DNA from: the human T2T-CHM13v2.0 reference genome, Homo sapiens
DNA: 64,000 nt
Direction: 5' to 3' (one strand)
NCBI RefSeq assembly: GCF_009914755.1
Contig: NC_060937.1
Made by a program: the position numbers and the translations under genes. This document shows positions 1-16,360 of the stretch, in pieces. Position 1 is the stretch's first letter; each line of letters starts with the position of its first letter. Under the pieces are notes generated by a model. It made no database searches and was not told the origin of the DNA. It saw only the letters and a program-made list of their open reading frames with translations.

Positions 1-118
1 CCATGATTGTGAGGCCTCCCCAGCTATGCAAAACTGTGAGTCAATTAAACCTCTTTCCTTTATAAATTACCCAATCTCTGGTATGACTTTATTAGCTACT
101 TGAGAACAGACTAATGCA
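1..118 (+). mobile_element. THE1-type MaLR LTR, 3' end
   Basis: CCATGATTGTGAGGCCTCCCCAGC...ATTAAACCTCTTTCCTTTATAAATTACCC...GAGAACAGACTAAT. Confidence 0.85.
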
Positions 119-289
119 TCCCACTATTGGCTTAGTAATTCAAAGAGATGGCATGATTTCCCAAGGAAAGCCATGAGGTCATCACTGTGCTAAGAAGCCC
201 TGTGTAATGGGGGAGCCAGATGCAGGAGGCACTAATAGGATTAGCAGATGTATGGAGGGAAGGCAGCCTGTCCCAGCTGAGAATAGTAC

Positions 290-351
290 CTGTTAGCAAA
301 CCTACAGGTCTTCAACAGCTTCTTGATATGGAAGAGCTGCTCCTGAATTTC
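290..351 (-). CDS. RUBCNL: RUBCNL coding exon EIQEQLFHIKKLLKTCRFAN(S), RH domain
   Basis: cattag|GAA acceptor, CAG|gtacta donor; 62 nt, in frame with the previous exon. Confidence 0.92.
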
Positions 352-672
352 CTAATGGGAGAAACCAAACACGGGGAAAAGTTAAATGTAATAAATGACA
401 CGGGAAAAGTGCAAGTCAAATTTAAATGTTATTTCTAAGCTTGAAATGCTGCACTTGTATAAAACAAACCTTGAAAGCAAACCGCCTATACAGCAAGCCT
501 TCACAACTGAGTCTGCTGATCCACAAAGTGTGCCCTGGATGGATCCAGGTTTTGTAGAACCTAAAACTTACAGAACTTTGGGGCCTTCTTCAAGAAAAAC
601 ATAATACTAAGTATAAGATTCAGTGTGGGGCCTTGGAAAGAGCCTGTGCAGGAGAGGGGCTCCAAAGTGTAA

Positions 673-987
<315 letters not shown>

Positions 988-1116
988 GCTTCACTCGCTT
1001 TATGATCCATTTGCCTCTTAGAGGATGTATCTGTGGGTTCCCCAAGCTAGTGTGATGTGCATTTCCTGCCACAGGACACTTCCAATGAGAGGGATGGGGT
1101 TGGGGCTGCGGCTCAC

Positions 1117-1355
1117 CTTCACTCTGTCCAGCTCCTTGGCTTTCGCATACAGGCTTTGGCCGATGCTCAGCAAATTGAAAATGGGCTGGTGCCATATGCT
1201 GTCGAGCAGCTGTTTGGAGAAATTGCTGACGTAGTACTTCTTGAAGTCCCACATCATCAGGATTCGGGCAGGGATGCACGACTCTGCATATGAGTGGCAG
1301 CAGTCACAGAAATACTTCCCTAGGTATTCGCAGTACCGGAGCCGCTTCACAAACT
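1117..1355 (-). CDS. RUBCNL: RUBCNL coding exon (K)FVKRLRYCEYLGKYFCDCCH...IPARIL..WDF...ELDRVK, Rubicon-homology (RH) domain
   Basis: ggcag|AG acceptor, AAG|gtgagc donor; 239 nt; overlaps ORF 1018..1362. Confidence 0.96.
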
Positions 1356-1984
1356 CTGCCAAGCATACCGGAGGGTGAGTGCCACACCTGGTGCTGAAAA
1401 CCTATCCTGGTATACCCCGACTTCCAATTCCTACGCAAGATTCAAAGACTCTGATGACTTGTTTCATGATGATAAAGCCATACTCAACCTCATGACAGCT
1501 GGGAAGGCTCCAGCAGAGACTTGGGGAATTAAATCATGGCCATTCATGAGCTCTGCTCTTGTGGAACAGACGTCAGAAAAACAAAACCTTCCCAAAATAC
1601 TCCTGGATTTGGAAGATGGAAATTGCAAACTGCAGTGTAGCAAAAGGAACATTCATTTTAGGATCTGGAAATCTGGGTGGGAGTCCAGACTCCTCTCACT
1701 AGCAGGAAGACTGAAGGCAGGTTAGGCTAACTATTCTGAGACCACAAAATGCAACTCAGAACTGGATCGAGTGTTATTACACATAGGAAAAGTGCTTTAT
1801 AAATTGTGAAGCAGTATATATACAATGTTAGGAAGCAGCATCATAAAGACCTTGATAAATCAATGAGAAAAAAATACAAAAATGCACAAAGGATGGGAAT
1901 AGGTAATTCACGGAAAGAAGAAATGCAGATAACTAACAGAGAAAAACAATCTCAGAAACAAAAAAATGCATATTTTAAAAGTGA

Positions 1985-2264
1985 GGCTGAGCACAGTGGC
2001 TTGTACCAGTAATCCTAGCACTTTGGGAGGCCAAGATGGGAGGACTGCTTGAGCCCAGGAGTTCAAGACCAGCGTGGGCAACATAGTGGGACCCCATCTC
2101 CACAGAAAAAAAAAAAAAATTAGCCAGGCAATGTGGTGTGTGCCTGTGGTCCTAGCTACTTGGGAGGCTAAGGCAGGAGGATTGCTTGAAGGTGGAGGCT
2201 ACAGTGAGCCATCATCATGTCACTGCATTCCATCCAGCCTGGGCAACAGAGCGAGACCCTGTCA
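1985..2264 (+). mobile_element. Alu (AluJ-like)
   Basis: Diverged Alu dimer with GCTTGAGCCCAGGAG. Confidence 0.9.
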
Positions 2265-2803
2265 CAAATTGATGACAAATAATAAAATTAAATTGAAATG
2301 AAATGAAAGAAAAGAAAAGTGAGATACTCTGTTTTGACTCAGCCTGTCATAAATTTAGAAGACCCAGAACTGGTGCAGTATCTAGAGGAGGGCACTTACG
2401 TCTAGCACTGATAGAACTAATTTGTAGGAAGACATTTTTGTGATAGACTTCAATTCTCACATGTGTAACAGTAATCCTGCTTCTGTTACTCCATCAGACA
2501 GAAGTGCTAACAGGCACACATAGTGATATAAAAAGGTGTTCATTACAGCACATTTATAATGGGGGTGGCAGCCAAAATGTCCATCAAAAGGCAATTGGTT
2601 AAATAAGTATGGTGCACTCAACATGAAATGCTGTACAGCCCATAAAGTACACGGAAGAGCATAGGAAGTGGACATCCAGTTACAAATAGGTATAATGTGA
2701 TCTCAATTTTATTTAAGAACATATATATAAACATACACATAAACATATATTCACTGTCTAAATCCCCACCAAAAAGCCAACAGTGACTATTTCTGGAGGG
2801 TAG

Positions 2804-3128
<325 letters not shown>

Positions 3129-3510
3129 CTGCACTTTCTAACCTACTAAAATAAACACTCATTGACCACTTTTGGAAATGTGTCTAATAAAATACATTAA
3201 CAAACAAAAGGTATAAAAACTAATGCAACAAATACCTGTGCACTCACCACCCAGCTTCAGAAAGAAAACAATTCAGTTGAAGTCTTCTATGTGCCCCTCC
3301 CTCAACACTAGGTTCTGACATGAACCAAGTTTGATATTTATCATTCATAGTTTGAGTCATGTACGTCTTTGTAACTAAAATACCATACAGCATAACAGAA
3401 ATCTTAGTTGCCATATACTGGGAGGATTAATGAAATCATGGATGGGAAAGCAGCTGCTGTAGAACCCGTACACTGTAGATTCTGAAGATCATTTCCAAAT
3501 AATGGCTTTA

Positions 3511-3899
<389 letters not shown>

Positions 3900-4513
3900 T
3901 CAGTTAAATGTTTTACATTTACTATGTCATTCTGTGCTCGAAAGTCTGTGAGAGAGGGACAGTTATTTCCCCTATTTCACTGATGAAAGCACAAGACACT
4001 GAAGTTAGGCAACACGCAGGGCCACACGAACAGTATGTAGGCAGGCAGGATTCCAACCCAAGCCTGGACTGCGAAAGCTCCAGCCCACAGCCATCATGTC
4101 CCACTCCTCCTCCGCTGCATTCGATGGTGGGAAAGGGAGAGGGAGCTAACGCCTTTGCACTTGCCCAAATTGTCCCTCAGACCCAGGTCACACTCTGAGT
4201 TGATGTTTAAAAGCAAACAAATAAAGAGTTGTTTTTTGTTATTCATGATAGTTATGTTCTCTAGAGTCGCCATGAACACTGAATTAGTCAATACTGAACC
4301 ACTGCTCCTGGGGGAAATTCAGGGTTAGGCACCTGTGAGCTTCTGGTAGCAACAGTTTCATCTACTCCTCAACACACACTCAATATCCATTCACTCATTC
4401 ATCAAACTTCATTGAATACATGCTGTTATACTATCAATACAGAATACACTAATGTCCATCTTTTTTAATTTCCTAAGTCCTTTAACTAAAACAGAATACA
4501 AAGTGACCTAAAC

Positions 4514-4690
4514 CAGTGGTTCTTGGCCAAGGGTGATTTTGCCTCCCAAGGGGCATTTGCAAATGTCTGGCGCCATTTTCAGTGGCCACTGGGAGCTGCT
4601 TCTGGCACCTACTGATGCTGCTAAACATCCTACAGTGCACAGGACCCCCCACGACAAAGTCCATGGTACTGAAGTTGAGAAATCCTGCTC
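4514..4690. mobile_element. MER20-like hAT fossil
   Basis: CAGTGGTTCT..GGGTGATTTTGCC..GGCATTTGCAAATGTCTGG..TGCTAAACATCCTACAGTGCACAGGAC. Confidence 0.75.
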
Positions 4691-4756
4691 CAAAACACAA
4701 TTGTCCTCATTTTATGAAAAGTCAGCATCAGGGGGTTGGGTGGAAGAGAAATATTC

Positions 4757-4965
4757 TAGAACAGAGATGTCCGGTATAACTTTCCATGGGGATAAAAGTG
4801 TTCTATATCTGTGCTGTCCAATACAGTAGCCATGAGTTACATGTGGCTATTGAGTACTTGAAATGTAGTTAGTGTGACTGAGGAACTGAATTCTTAATTT
4901 CAATTAATTTAATTTTAAATAGCCAGGTGGACTAGTGCTACCATACTGCATAGTGCAGTTCTAGA
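4757..4965. mobile_element. MER3-like hAT fossil
   Basis: TGTTCTATATCTGTGCTGTCCAATACAGTAGCC..ACATGTGGCTATTGAGTACTTGAAATGT; CTAGA at both ends. Confidence 0.7.
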
Positions 4966-6281
4966 ATAAAGCTAACTAAAGAGAATCAATAACTAAATGC
5001 AATGTATGAAATTTGATTGCAACCTTGATGGAAAAAATAGCCATAAATGATACCTTAAGAACAAAAAGGACTAGGAAGTAGACAATATAGAGAATTGTTT
5101 TTAATTTTTTTGGTGTGATAACTTGTTTCTTATCCTTATTTTTGGGATATACTGAACTAGTAAAGGGTAAAATGTCATGTTCAGTGTGTGGAAATTGAAG
5201 GAGACTAAGGAAAACATGACAACTAAATTCTGAAACAGATAAAGGATGTTACTGAAAACCTGGTGAAATCTGAATAAAGCCTGGGGTTTCATTAATAGGA
5301 CTGTACCCCATGCTAATTTCTCAGGTTGAAACTATGATTATGTAAGATGTTAGCAGTAGAGGAAGCTGGGTGAAGGGTGTACAGGAACTCTCTCTACTCT
5401 TTTTGCAACTCTTCTGTAAATCTAAAATTATCTCAAAGACAAAAGTTAAAAAAAATGTATCCTAGAAGCTAGAGGAATTTAACAGGAAAAGCCCAAAATT
5501 ATTTCTATGCTGTCTACAATCTGGGCCCCGCCTACATCTGCAGCATGTTTTCTCCTCCTATTCTTACTCTCTGGCCACACAGGGTTTCTTTTACTTGCCA
5601 CAGGCCCTTTGCACATGACGAACACCCCTACTTCTGTGGGCAATCACTTTCCGATGAAACCTCTTACTCCCAGCTTCTCAAGCTCAGATGAAGTTCCCTT
5701 GCTGTAAATCCCACGGCACTCTTGACTCTTTTGTTACGTACATCACTTTGTGTTACATACACTTACTTGGCTGATGAGTGTATCTTCCCTAAAAGATGAT
5801 AAGCAAGCTCCCTGAGGGCAAGGCCACTGTACAAAAGTGCAGACACACATCTCCATACCTGAACAAGCTTAGGGAAATAACAAAAAGTTGGTGGAGCGAT
5901 AGTCATATGTGTACAGTTTCTGACTCATGCATTCAATATTTACAGAAGCGCCAGGATACAGTGGTTAACCAAAGAGACATGTTCCCCACTAGATGTGCTG
6001 GGAAAATGACTCATTCAAAGAAAATCAGCAACAATGGTGATGCCCGTCAGGCATTATCATCCAGTGTAGGAGAGGAAGCCCAGATCGATTCCTGCTTGCT
6101 ATTTTTATCTCTTGAAGTAGGAGCTCCTCATAGTCTTTTTCCTTCAAAAACCGACTATCAAAGGCTAAGGGAACTCTTTCCACAAAGCTCCTCTTTCCAG
6201 CCTTTTGCAGGTCAGACATACAGGTACCATCAGAGCAGAACAAGTGATTCCCAGTCTCAAGGGGGAAACTTGCATTTCTGA

Positions 6282-6611
<330 letters not shown>

Positions 6612-6699
6612 TAATCTTCTAGGCCTCAGTTGGCCCAGGAATGATCCTCTCAGGCTACCTCCTCAAACTCTCAGAGAAGTTTGGCTAGCTCCTTGTTAA

Positions 6700-7290
6700 G
6701 CCATTCCTTTACTCAACAAATATCTTTTGAAGACCTACTATGTGCCAGGCACTCTTCTAGAAGCTGGAAATAAAGTAATAAATACAACAGACAACACATG
6801 TGGCCTCACAGAACTTATAATCTAGTGTTGAAGACAGATAATAATAAGACATATTAGTAAAATATAAGAGACTATTTTAGAAAGACTGTGCTAAGAATAC
6901 AAAATAAGAAGGAACTTCTAAGAAAATATTGTGCAAGAAAATAAAGAAAAAAAATAAGGATGGGTAATATAAAGCGTTCATGGGATTGTCTGTGGCCAGC
7001 AGTGGGGCAAGACAGGTATTTTAGATAGGGCAGCAAGGGAAGACCTCGTGACTTTGGAGTGAAAATGTGAAAGAAGCAAAGGAATTAGTCATGGGGGTGT
7101 CTGCAGAGAGAGCATTTGGGGGAGAGAAAACCACAAACGCAAATATGTCAGAAGTGAGCCTGGCATTTTCAAGGGGCAGCAGGAGGCCACGTGGCTGGAG
7201 CTGATGCCCAACAGGGAGAGAACTAGGAGGCTGGTCCTGGCGTCCTCGGTCCTAGTTGATCACACAGCCTTGTCAGTCATGATGGACTCC
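6700..7290 (-). mobile_element. LINE-2 fragment
   Basis: ACTCAACAAATATCTTTTGAAGACCTACTATGTGCCAGGCACTCTTCTAG, the reverse of the typical L2 3' end. Confidence 0.6.
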
Positions 7291-7435
7291 TCATGAAAAG
7301 GAGGGCAACTTCTCTGAAGCTCTTATAACAACTTCTCATCAAAGGCATCTCTCACACAAGCAATGCGCTGCCCTACTTTGCTATTCTGGACCTTGTCATC
7401 ACATCATAAGCAGGCGATCCATTATCCGTACTTAC

Positions 7436-7500
7436 TAGGCTCTACTGGAGTTCCACAGCCGGCACAGAAAAAATTCTGGGCTGCCACCACAAGGTCCCTC
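7436..7500 (-). CDS. RUBCNL: RUBCNL coding exon (K)RDLVVAAQNFFCAGCGTPVEP(K), start of the Rubicon-homology Cys-rich region
   Basis: ttcag|G acceptor, CTA|gtaagt donor; 65 nt; QNxxCAGCG motif. Confidence 0.94.
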
Positions 7501-7698
7501 CTGAATACGAAAAATAATACTAGTTACATTTCAGAGAAGGCCAATGGCACATTTTTCACTAATTAGAAAAGAAATTGCCATCGTGATACTTTTCTAACTA
7601 AGGGCCTTAACTTTGTCACTTTTCATTTGGGAAAGAAATAGATTTATTCAATACAATTTTCTAGTTGAAATCCCTGGGTCTTTTAAAGCTATGACTAA

Positions 7699-8032
7699 TT
7701 TTTTTTATTTTTCATTTTTTTTCCTGAGACAGGGTCTTGCTCTGTCACGCAGGCTGGAGGGCACTGGCATGATCATAGTTCACTACTGCCTCAAACTCCT
7801 CGGCTCAGCTCAAGCAATCCTCAGCCTCCTGTGTAGGTAGCTAGGACTACATGTACACGCCACCATGCCCAGCTAGCTTTTTTTGGCTTTATTTACTTTT
7901 TTTTTTTTTTTTGGTAGAGATAGGGTCTCTCTATGTTGCCCACACTGGTTTCGAACTCCTGGCCTCAAGTCATCCCCCTACTTCGGCCTCCCAAAGTGCT
8001 GGAATTACAGGCATGAGCCGCCGTGCCCAGCC
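7699..8032 (-). mobile_element. Alu (AluJ-like)
   Basis: Diverged reverse Alu dimer. Confidence 0.9.
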
Positions 8033-8064
8033 TTAAAGCTACATCTCTTTAAAAGCTTCTGCTA

Positions 8065-8410
<346 letters not shown>

Positions 8411-8622
8411 TTAGGGAGGTCTCGATGCCCGTGTACAGGGTTCCAGCTCCAGAGAGAACCAGAGACATGTTATACAAGGAAGACAGCTCAGGGAGGCCAT
8501 ACACCAAAAGATGATGCACTTGGGAAATTCACAAATGGATCTAAAGAAATTTAGACGAATAAGAGGTAACGTAAGACAAAGAAATCAAATCATTTCTGGT
8601 AAGAGATATTCCATTCCATTGA

Positions 8623-8934
<312 letters not shown>

Positions 8935-9524
8935 TGAGGGATTTTCTATTGAACTGTTTATCCCATAGTTTTACATGTGACTTGGAAATACCAAGGAAAT
9001 TGTAAAATTTGTTTACAGTTCAGGATCAGCAAAAGATGGCCAAGGTAAAAATATGCTAAATCTCTGCCCAGGTGCCATAGTGAGGACCTAGGAAACCCCT
9101 AAAGAAAAGATACCCCAGGCTAAGGAAAGCAACCTCTCACGATGCCTAGACAGGGAGTTCTGCCCAAGCAGCCCCACAGACTTTCTTGGCATTCTCTCAA
9201 AAAAAGAAAAACAAAAGAAAGATCTAGTCTATAAGGCACCTCCGTGGGGCAGAGTCAACCTCTCTCCAGTCCCTTGGGCACAGTCAACAACCCTCACCGG
9301 TCCCTTTGTAATGCTTGGCAGTTTGCACACCAAATTGAATACAAACCAAGAGGGATGGAAAAATTATACTTGGTTAAAATGTTTTGTGTATAATCTTTGA
9401 TCATAATCTGTCCTATAGTCTCGGAACAAATTACAATTAAACTATTACTTTAAATTTATAGGTTTATTTCCTTTTTTGCATAATCTTAGTTGTTTTGTCT
9501 TTTAGAACTTTTGTTACTTCTTAG

Positions 9525-9867
<343 letters not shown>

Positions 9868-10000
9868 TCTGTAACATTTCTTAACTATAAGTGCTTTCCC
9901 TAAGATTAAATGTTCCTTTTTTAGAAGTTTATTCATTCATTTTTATTTCACACTGATTGTTCTGGAAGATAAAGTGGTCCAGTCTTTTAAAATTATCATA

Positions 10001-10117
10001 GGCTGAGCGAGGTGGCTCACACCTGTAATCCCAGCACTTTGGGAGGCTGAGGTGGGCAGATCACTTGAGCCCAGGAGTCCAACACCAGCCTGGGCAACAT
10101 GGTGAAACCCCATCTCT
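10001..10117 (+). mobile_element. Alu left monomer / FLAM
   Basis: Single monomer ending CCCCATCTCTA. Confidence 0.85.
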
Positions 10118-10489
10118 AATTTTTTTAAAAAGGAAACACATTTTAAAAAATTATTGTATATAATTTTTAAGTTTTGATATTAGCCACTTTTAAAAATCCC
10201 CTTTAAGCCTATTTAATTTTCAGTTGCTACGCAATATTGACAATTAGGGTTGCATAGCTGAATTCTCAACTTGTCAAAACTTACAGAGCCCCCAAAAGTC
10301 CATGGTAAACAAGAGGAAAAAAAAAAAAAACCTAAGCCAGAAAATACAGCCAACTTTCCTTTCCCTAAAACAAATTTTCCTGTGTTCTTTAGCATATGTA
10401 TTTTTTTCACCTACTGCCATAGAGTCAGGTGGGATCTGTCACAATGTGATTTAAATGGATTGGAGGCCCAAGCAACAGCCCATACTTAC

Positions 10490-10635
10490 TTGAGTGGTGG
10501 ATGAATATTAAATATGATTTGAAATCTAGGAGGAGCCCAGTCTTCAGTCCCTCTGATCCTAGACTTAAATTTAATTTCCTGTACTACATTCATACTGGAT
10601 TCAAAGTCTTTTCGGACACACTCTTCATTTACGAC
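10490..10635 (-). CDS. RUBCNL: RUBCNL coding exon VVNEECVRKDF...RIRGTEDWAPPRFQIIFNIHPPL(K)
   Basis: tgcag|GTC acceptor, CAA|gtaagt donor; 146 nt; WAPPR motif typical of the Rubicon family. Confidence 0.94.
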
Positions 10636-11110
10636 CTGCATAAGACATAAAATGATTTAGGAACAACTTAAGCATATTTCAAAGAATTTAAATTAAAGAA
10701 ACATCTAAATGTATTTCCAACATTAAAATTTACCATGAAAAATTAACAGTGCTTTTAACTGAACTAAAGGGCATACCAAGAGCCCTCCACATCTCTAAAG
10801 CCATCTGCAAGAGAATTGCTTTAAACACCACCCAGATGAGATCACTTTTCTTAGTATTTTTAGTTCATTTATTTCCAGACTTCAAATTTACTGTAAGTAG
10901 GTCATTTTGACCTGGAATGCATTTATGAATAGCAGAAGCCTCACCCCTCTTAGTCAACAGACTGACAAATGCTACCAATCAGAACCCCTATCATTATTAG
11001 TCTTCCCCAGAAACAGCTCTATTAAGACCTTTCCCCTTGCTTACAAATGTTCAGTGCCTCCCCGCTGAACCACTGGACTTTCCTACTGTCATTTAAAATC
11101 CAAACTTCTC

Positions 11111-11372
11111 AGCTGGGTGCAGTGGCTCATGCTTGTTTTCCTAGCACTTTGGGAGGCCGAGGTGGGTGGATCACTTGAGGTCAGGAGTTTGAGACCAGCC
11201 TGGCCAACATAGTGAAACCCTGTCTCTACTAAAAGTACAAAAGTTAGCCAGAAATTGCTTGAACCCAGGAGGTGGAGGTTGCAGTGAGTCGAGCTTGTGC
11301 CACTGCACTCCACCCTGGGCAACAGAGTGAGACTCCATCTTAAAAAATAAATAAAATAAAATAAAATAAAAT
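11111..11372 (+). mobile_element. Alu with internal deletion in the right arm
   Basis: TTAGCCA joined directly to GAAATTGCTTGAACC; TSD AAAATCCAAACTTCTCA. Confidence 0.92.
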
Positions 11373-11945
11373 CCAAACTTCTCAAATTAGCATTCTACAT
11401 CCTCCACAATTTGGCTACTATCATTCAAACCTTATTTCCATAAAGAACAACCTCTCAGACACAAATACTCACAAACGGGTATTATCCAACCGCAGCGAAT
11501 CACTCTGCTCAACGGCATAGCATGCCCCTCCACTTTTGCTGCAGCTCCCCTTTGCCAAGAACGTCCTCCCCCAACCTTTCTACCTGCCACAGTTCTGGCC
11601 AGCCCAATACTTAGCTCAAGTTCTGAAATCTGCAGTCAGCCTTCCTAAGTTCCCCTGGTAAAATTAAACACTCCTTCCTCTGCACTTCGAGGGCATTTTC
11701 CCTACCCCTGTTTTAGCCTTTGTCATAATGTTCTCTACCCTCAGAAGGCTGCTTGCTCTCTGACAGCAGTGAGCAGTGTGTTCCATGAGGGAACCAACAT
11801 GTACTTTCCAATGAGGCAGCCTGGGCATGACTCCTGCTTCACAGCTGACCAGCCCTGCTGGGAGGCTGGGCCCACCACTTAAAAATAAAAATAAGGACAG
11901 CCTCTACCTAACAGGATACTTATGAGGATTAAAATGTGGACTGCT

Positions 11946-12315
<370 letters not shown>

Positions 12316-12444
12316 TCATTCATTTTGAGTCTCCCCTAATATCCAGTGACCATACAAGGAAAGACAAATGTTTAAAGTGAACAGGGCAGGCAAAATGAGG
12401 ATTTAGGAACTTTCAATTCAAGGTCAATTTTTTTTGATACTTAC

Positions 12445-12577
12445 TATCGAGCCAGCTGCACTCAGGGAACCTGCCAGCTGAGAATTAACTACTGACAGTA
12501 TCCAGCACTTCTGGAACACGCGGTACAGCTCTTTGGCTAATAGTTCTGCAGAATTGAAGTCTGGCTCATAAGTGACA
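12445..12577 (-). CDS. RUBCNL: RUBCNL coding exon (S)VTYEPDFNSAELLAKELYRVFQKCW...AAGSI
   Basis: tttcag|T acceptor, ATA|gtaagt donor; 133 nt; overlaps ORF 12424..12714. Confidence 0.93.
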
Positions 12578-12916
12578 CTGAAATGTAAGAGATGCAAATA
12601 CTGGAAAACTATATTCATGAGGAGTATGTTCAGGGTCTTCCTGAGGTTTTCAACTGTTCTTCCCAGCCCCCAAAACTCAGAAGAGGCTGTCATATGAGAT
12701 GACGCATGAATCACTCACCAGGCATCTTACTCAACATGGCTCCTGCATGTTCAATAAATAAAGCATCTTTTATTTACTGAGGGCGCTAAGACTTAGAGGT
12801 GTGGTGAAAGAGCACTGGCTTTAGAGTCAGAAGACCTGCATTCAAGCCCTACTTCTACCTCACAGCCTTCGTGTCCCGAAGCACATCCTATATATGAGTC
12901 TCAATTTTTATGTCTA

Positions 12917-13306
<390 letters not shown>

Positions 13307-13541
13307 TTAACTGAAATGAGGATTAAATGAAAATGCATACAAAAGCCTTTTATATATTGTAAAACACTATAGAAACTTTGGGGGTGATTGTTTCATTTCT
13401 AGGTGATACTCTCCTAGATTCATGGGAACAAATCACTGGAACTAGCTAAAGTGGGCCCAGAATGTCAGAGGCCTAGGTTTCACACTGCCTCAGAGGTGAC
13501 AGCCCAAGGGTCTATGTGCACTGTGCACAGAAGACAGATAC

Positions 13542-13602
13542 CTCTTAGAGGAGCTGCAGGAACAGCTACAGGTTTCTGTGATATCATTAAAATCTCCAAG
13601 CT
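13542..13602 (-). CDS. RUBCNL: RUBCNL coding exon (E)LGDFNDITETCSCSCSSSK(S)
   Basis: cccacag|AG acceptor, GAG|gtatct donor; 61 nt links phase 1 to phase 2. Confidence 0.9.
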
Positions 13603-13927
13603 CTGTGGGAAAATAAAAGAAAGAGTGGTGAGGTCTTTTAGTCTGTTTCATTTAATCGCAGTCCATTTTATAAGAACACTAAAATCACTCCCTGCATCTC
13701 AGAAAGAGCAAATTATTCAGCATCTCCATGCTTCAGGTTCTGAGAAATGGACAGAACAGATAATGAGAGGACAGATAATGATCAAAGATGGGATTTCATC
13801 TGAAATTTCACCAAAATATAACTGAGAGGCCAAAGAGATATCCGACCATAATGAATATCTGCTTTTTCATTCAACTCTACAAGTGAGATGAGAGATTAGC
13901 TATCCAGACATTTGAAACAAGAACATC

Positions 13928-13941
13928 ATATATATATATAT

Positions 13942-13979
<38 letters not shown>
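13928..13979. repeat. (TA)n microsatellite
   Basis: Near-perfect AT dinucleotide run of about 50 bp. Confidence 0.95.
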
Positions 13980-13982
<3 letters not shown>

Positions 13983-14118
13983 GGCCATAATCTGATTTTG
14001 GAAGAAGTTGGTTTGAATGCCACTGTAACGTAATGTTGTGTGTGATGCATGTTAGTGTGTGTATGCGGATGGGATTGGGGAGGCAGCCAGTCACATCCAA
14101 ACAGTTTCCAAATCTTAC

Positions 14119-14217
14119 CTAAAATAACAAATTCATCAACATCGCATTTGCAAATCTCTTTCACATCATGGTAAGTACGTGTTTCAGTCACTGGGCTGAC
14201 CTGTAACACAGCACAAC
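14119..14217 (-). CDS. RUBCNL: RUBCNL coding exon (G)CAVLQVSPVTETRTYHDVKEICKCDVDEFVIL(E)
   Basis: tag|GT acceptor, TAG|gtaaga donor; 99 nt, phase 1-1. Confidence 0.93.
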
Positions 14218-14575
14218 CTAGACAAAGAAAGGAAGGAGGTTTTTACCAATAAGAAGAAAAAGAAAAACTGTACAACCTGCAACACCCAACTAAATAGAAA
14301 TTGGGAAATGAAGAGGGCTAAAAGTTTAAGAGAATTAAACATTTCAACTTAAAGAATTAAAAAACTGGGGAACTATTTGTGTGTTCTTTTTGCACTCACT
14401 ATGATTAAGTGCCTGTAGTCCCAGCTATTCGGAAGGCTTTCATCACAAAGAAGCTATCTGCAGTCCATCCAATGTTTTAAAATATTGAAACACTGAAAGC
14501 ATCTAAACGTTTAATAATAGGAAATTGATTTTGCAAATCACACGATTAAATACTATCATTTAAAAATGTAAATCT

Positions 14576-14878
14576 GCCAGGGGCAGGGGCGTGCACTTGT
14601 AGTCCCAGCTACTCAGGAGGCTGAGGTAGGAGAATCACTTGAGCCCAGGAGTTCAAGTCCAGCCTGGGCAACATGGCAGAACCCCCGTCTCTACAAAAAA
14701 TACAAAAAAATTAGCCCAGTGTGGTGGCCCGGCCAGCACCTGTAGTCCCAGCTGCTCAAAAGACTGAGGTGGGAGAATCACTTGAGCCTGGGAGGCGGAG
14801 ATTGTAGTGAGCTGAGATCATGCCACTGCACTCCAGCCTGGGTGACAGAGTAAGACCCTGTCTCAAAAAAAAAAAAAA
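14576..14878 (+). mobile_element. Alu (AluJ-like)
   Basis: Diverged dimer with poly-A. Confidence 0.88.
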
Positions 14879-15117
14879 GTGAAAACTATAGCAACATGAT
14901 TATTAATACTAGTAGTATGAATAGTATTAATACTATTAATAATACTGATAATAGCATTAATAATCATTATTATATTATTAATATAATTATATAATCATTG
15001 TAAATATAAATTTGTAAAACTGTCTTCATTTGAATAAACATAGGAGAGAAACACAGAAAAAGGAATACAGTTGTTTAAGGAAATAGCCTAGCCCATAGTT
15101 TACATAGAAGTTATGTG

Positions 15118-15414
<297 letters not shown>

Positions 15415-16024
15415 TTATGTGAAGGGTTTTACAGTAGGCTGGCTGACTTTAAGACAGAACCCATTCTAGCTGGGTGACGATGGACAACCACCACTTCCAG
15501 CTGCAGTTTCCTCATGGATAGAATGGGGGTAAGAGCACCCATCTGTGTTTTTCACTGTCTTTTGCCCATCATCCATAGTAACGTACAATTTACATTGTGA
15601 CTTAGTACAGACACAATAATATGTTTAACTGATAAAAAAAAAAAAACTTTCAGGAAACATTGCTCACCCTCAGTGAGATGCACTCTGCTATTTTCTACCC
15701 TTGTTTTTTTTTTTTTTAATGTTCTCAGGACCAACTGGCAGTTTGAGTAATACCAACCCACCTCATGGAGGAACATCTATTGCCACAAATGTCACAAAAG
15801 AAGTACTTAATAAAAGATAAATATTTATATTTGGAGGATAGAAATATTCTTAATTTTCATTTAACATATTCATATTTATTCATGTTTTCTTAAAGTTTCA
15901 GCTACCATCAATTTACACCCAACCACTATTTATAAAAATACCTATTTCAGACAAGGCATTATACTAAACACAAATACAAAGAAGACAATTTCTCAGCCAT
16001 CTAAGAGTTTAAAATCTCATGAAA

Positions 16025-16360
<336 letters not shown>

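Noticed and set aside
5796-6281. 161-aa plus-strand ORF; similar ORFs at 24428-24916, 40655-41080 and 44990-45388
   Set aside because: No recognisable domain or splice context, and partly in old repeat-like sequence; consistent with chance ORFs.
14895-15010. 18-bp perfect palindrome AATAGTATTAATACTATT (14920-14937) in an AT-rich tract
   Set aside because: Expected by chance or slippage in low-complexity AT sequence.
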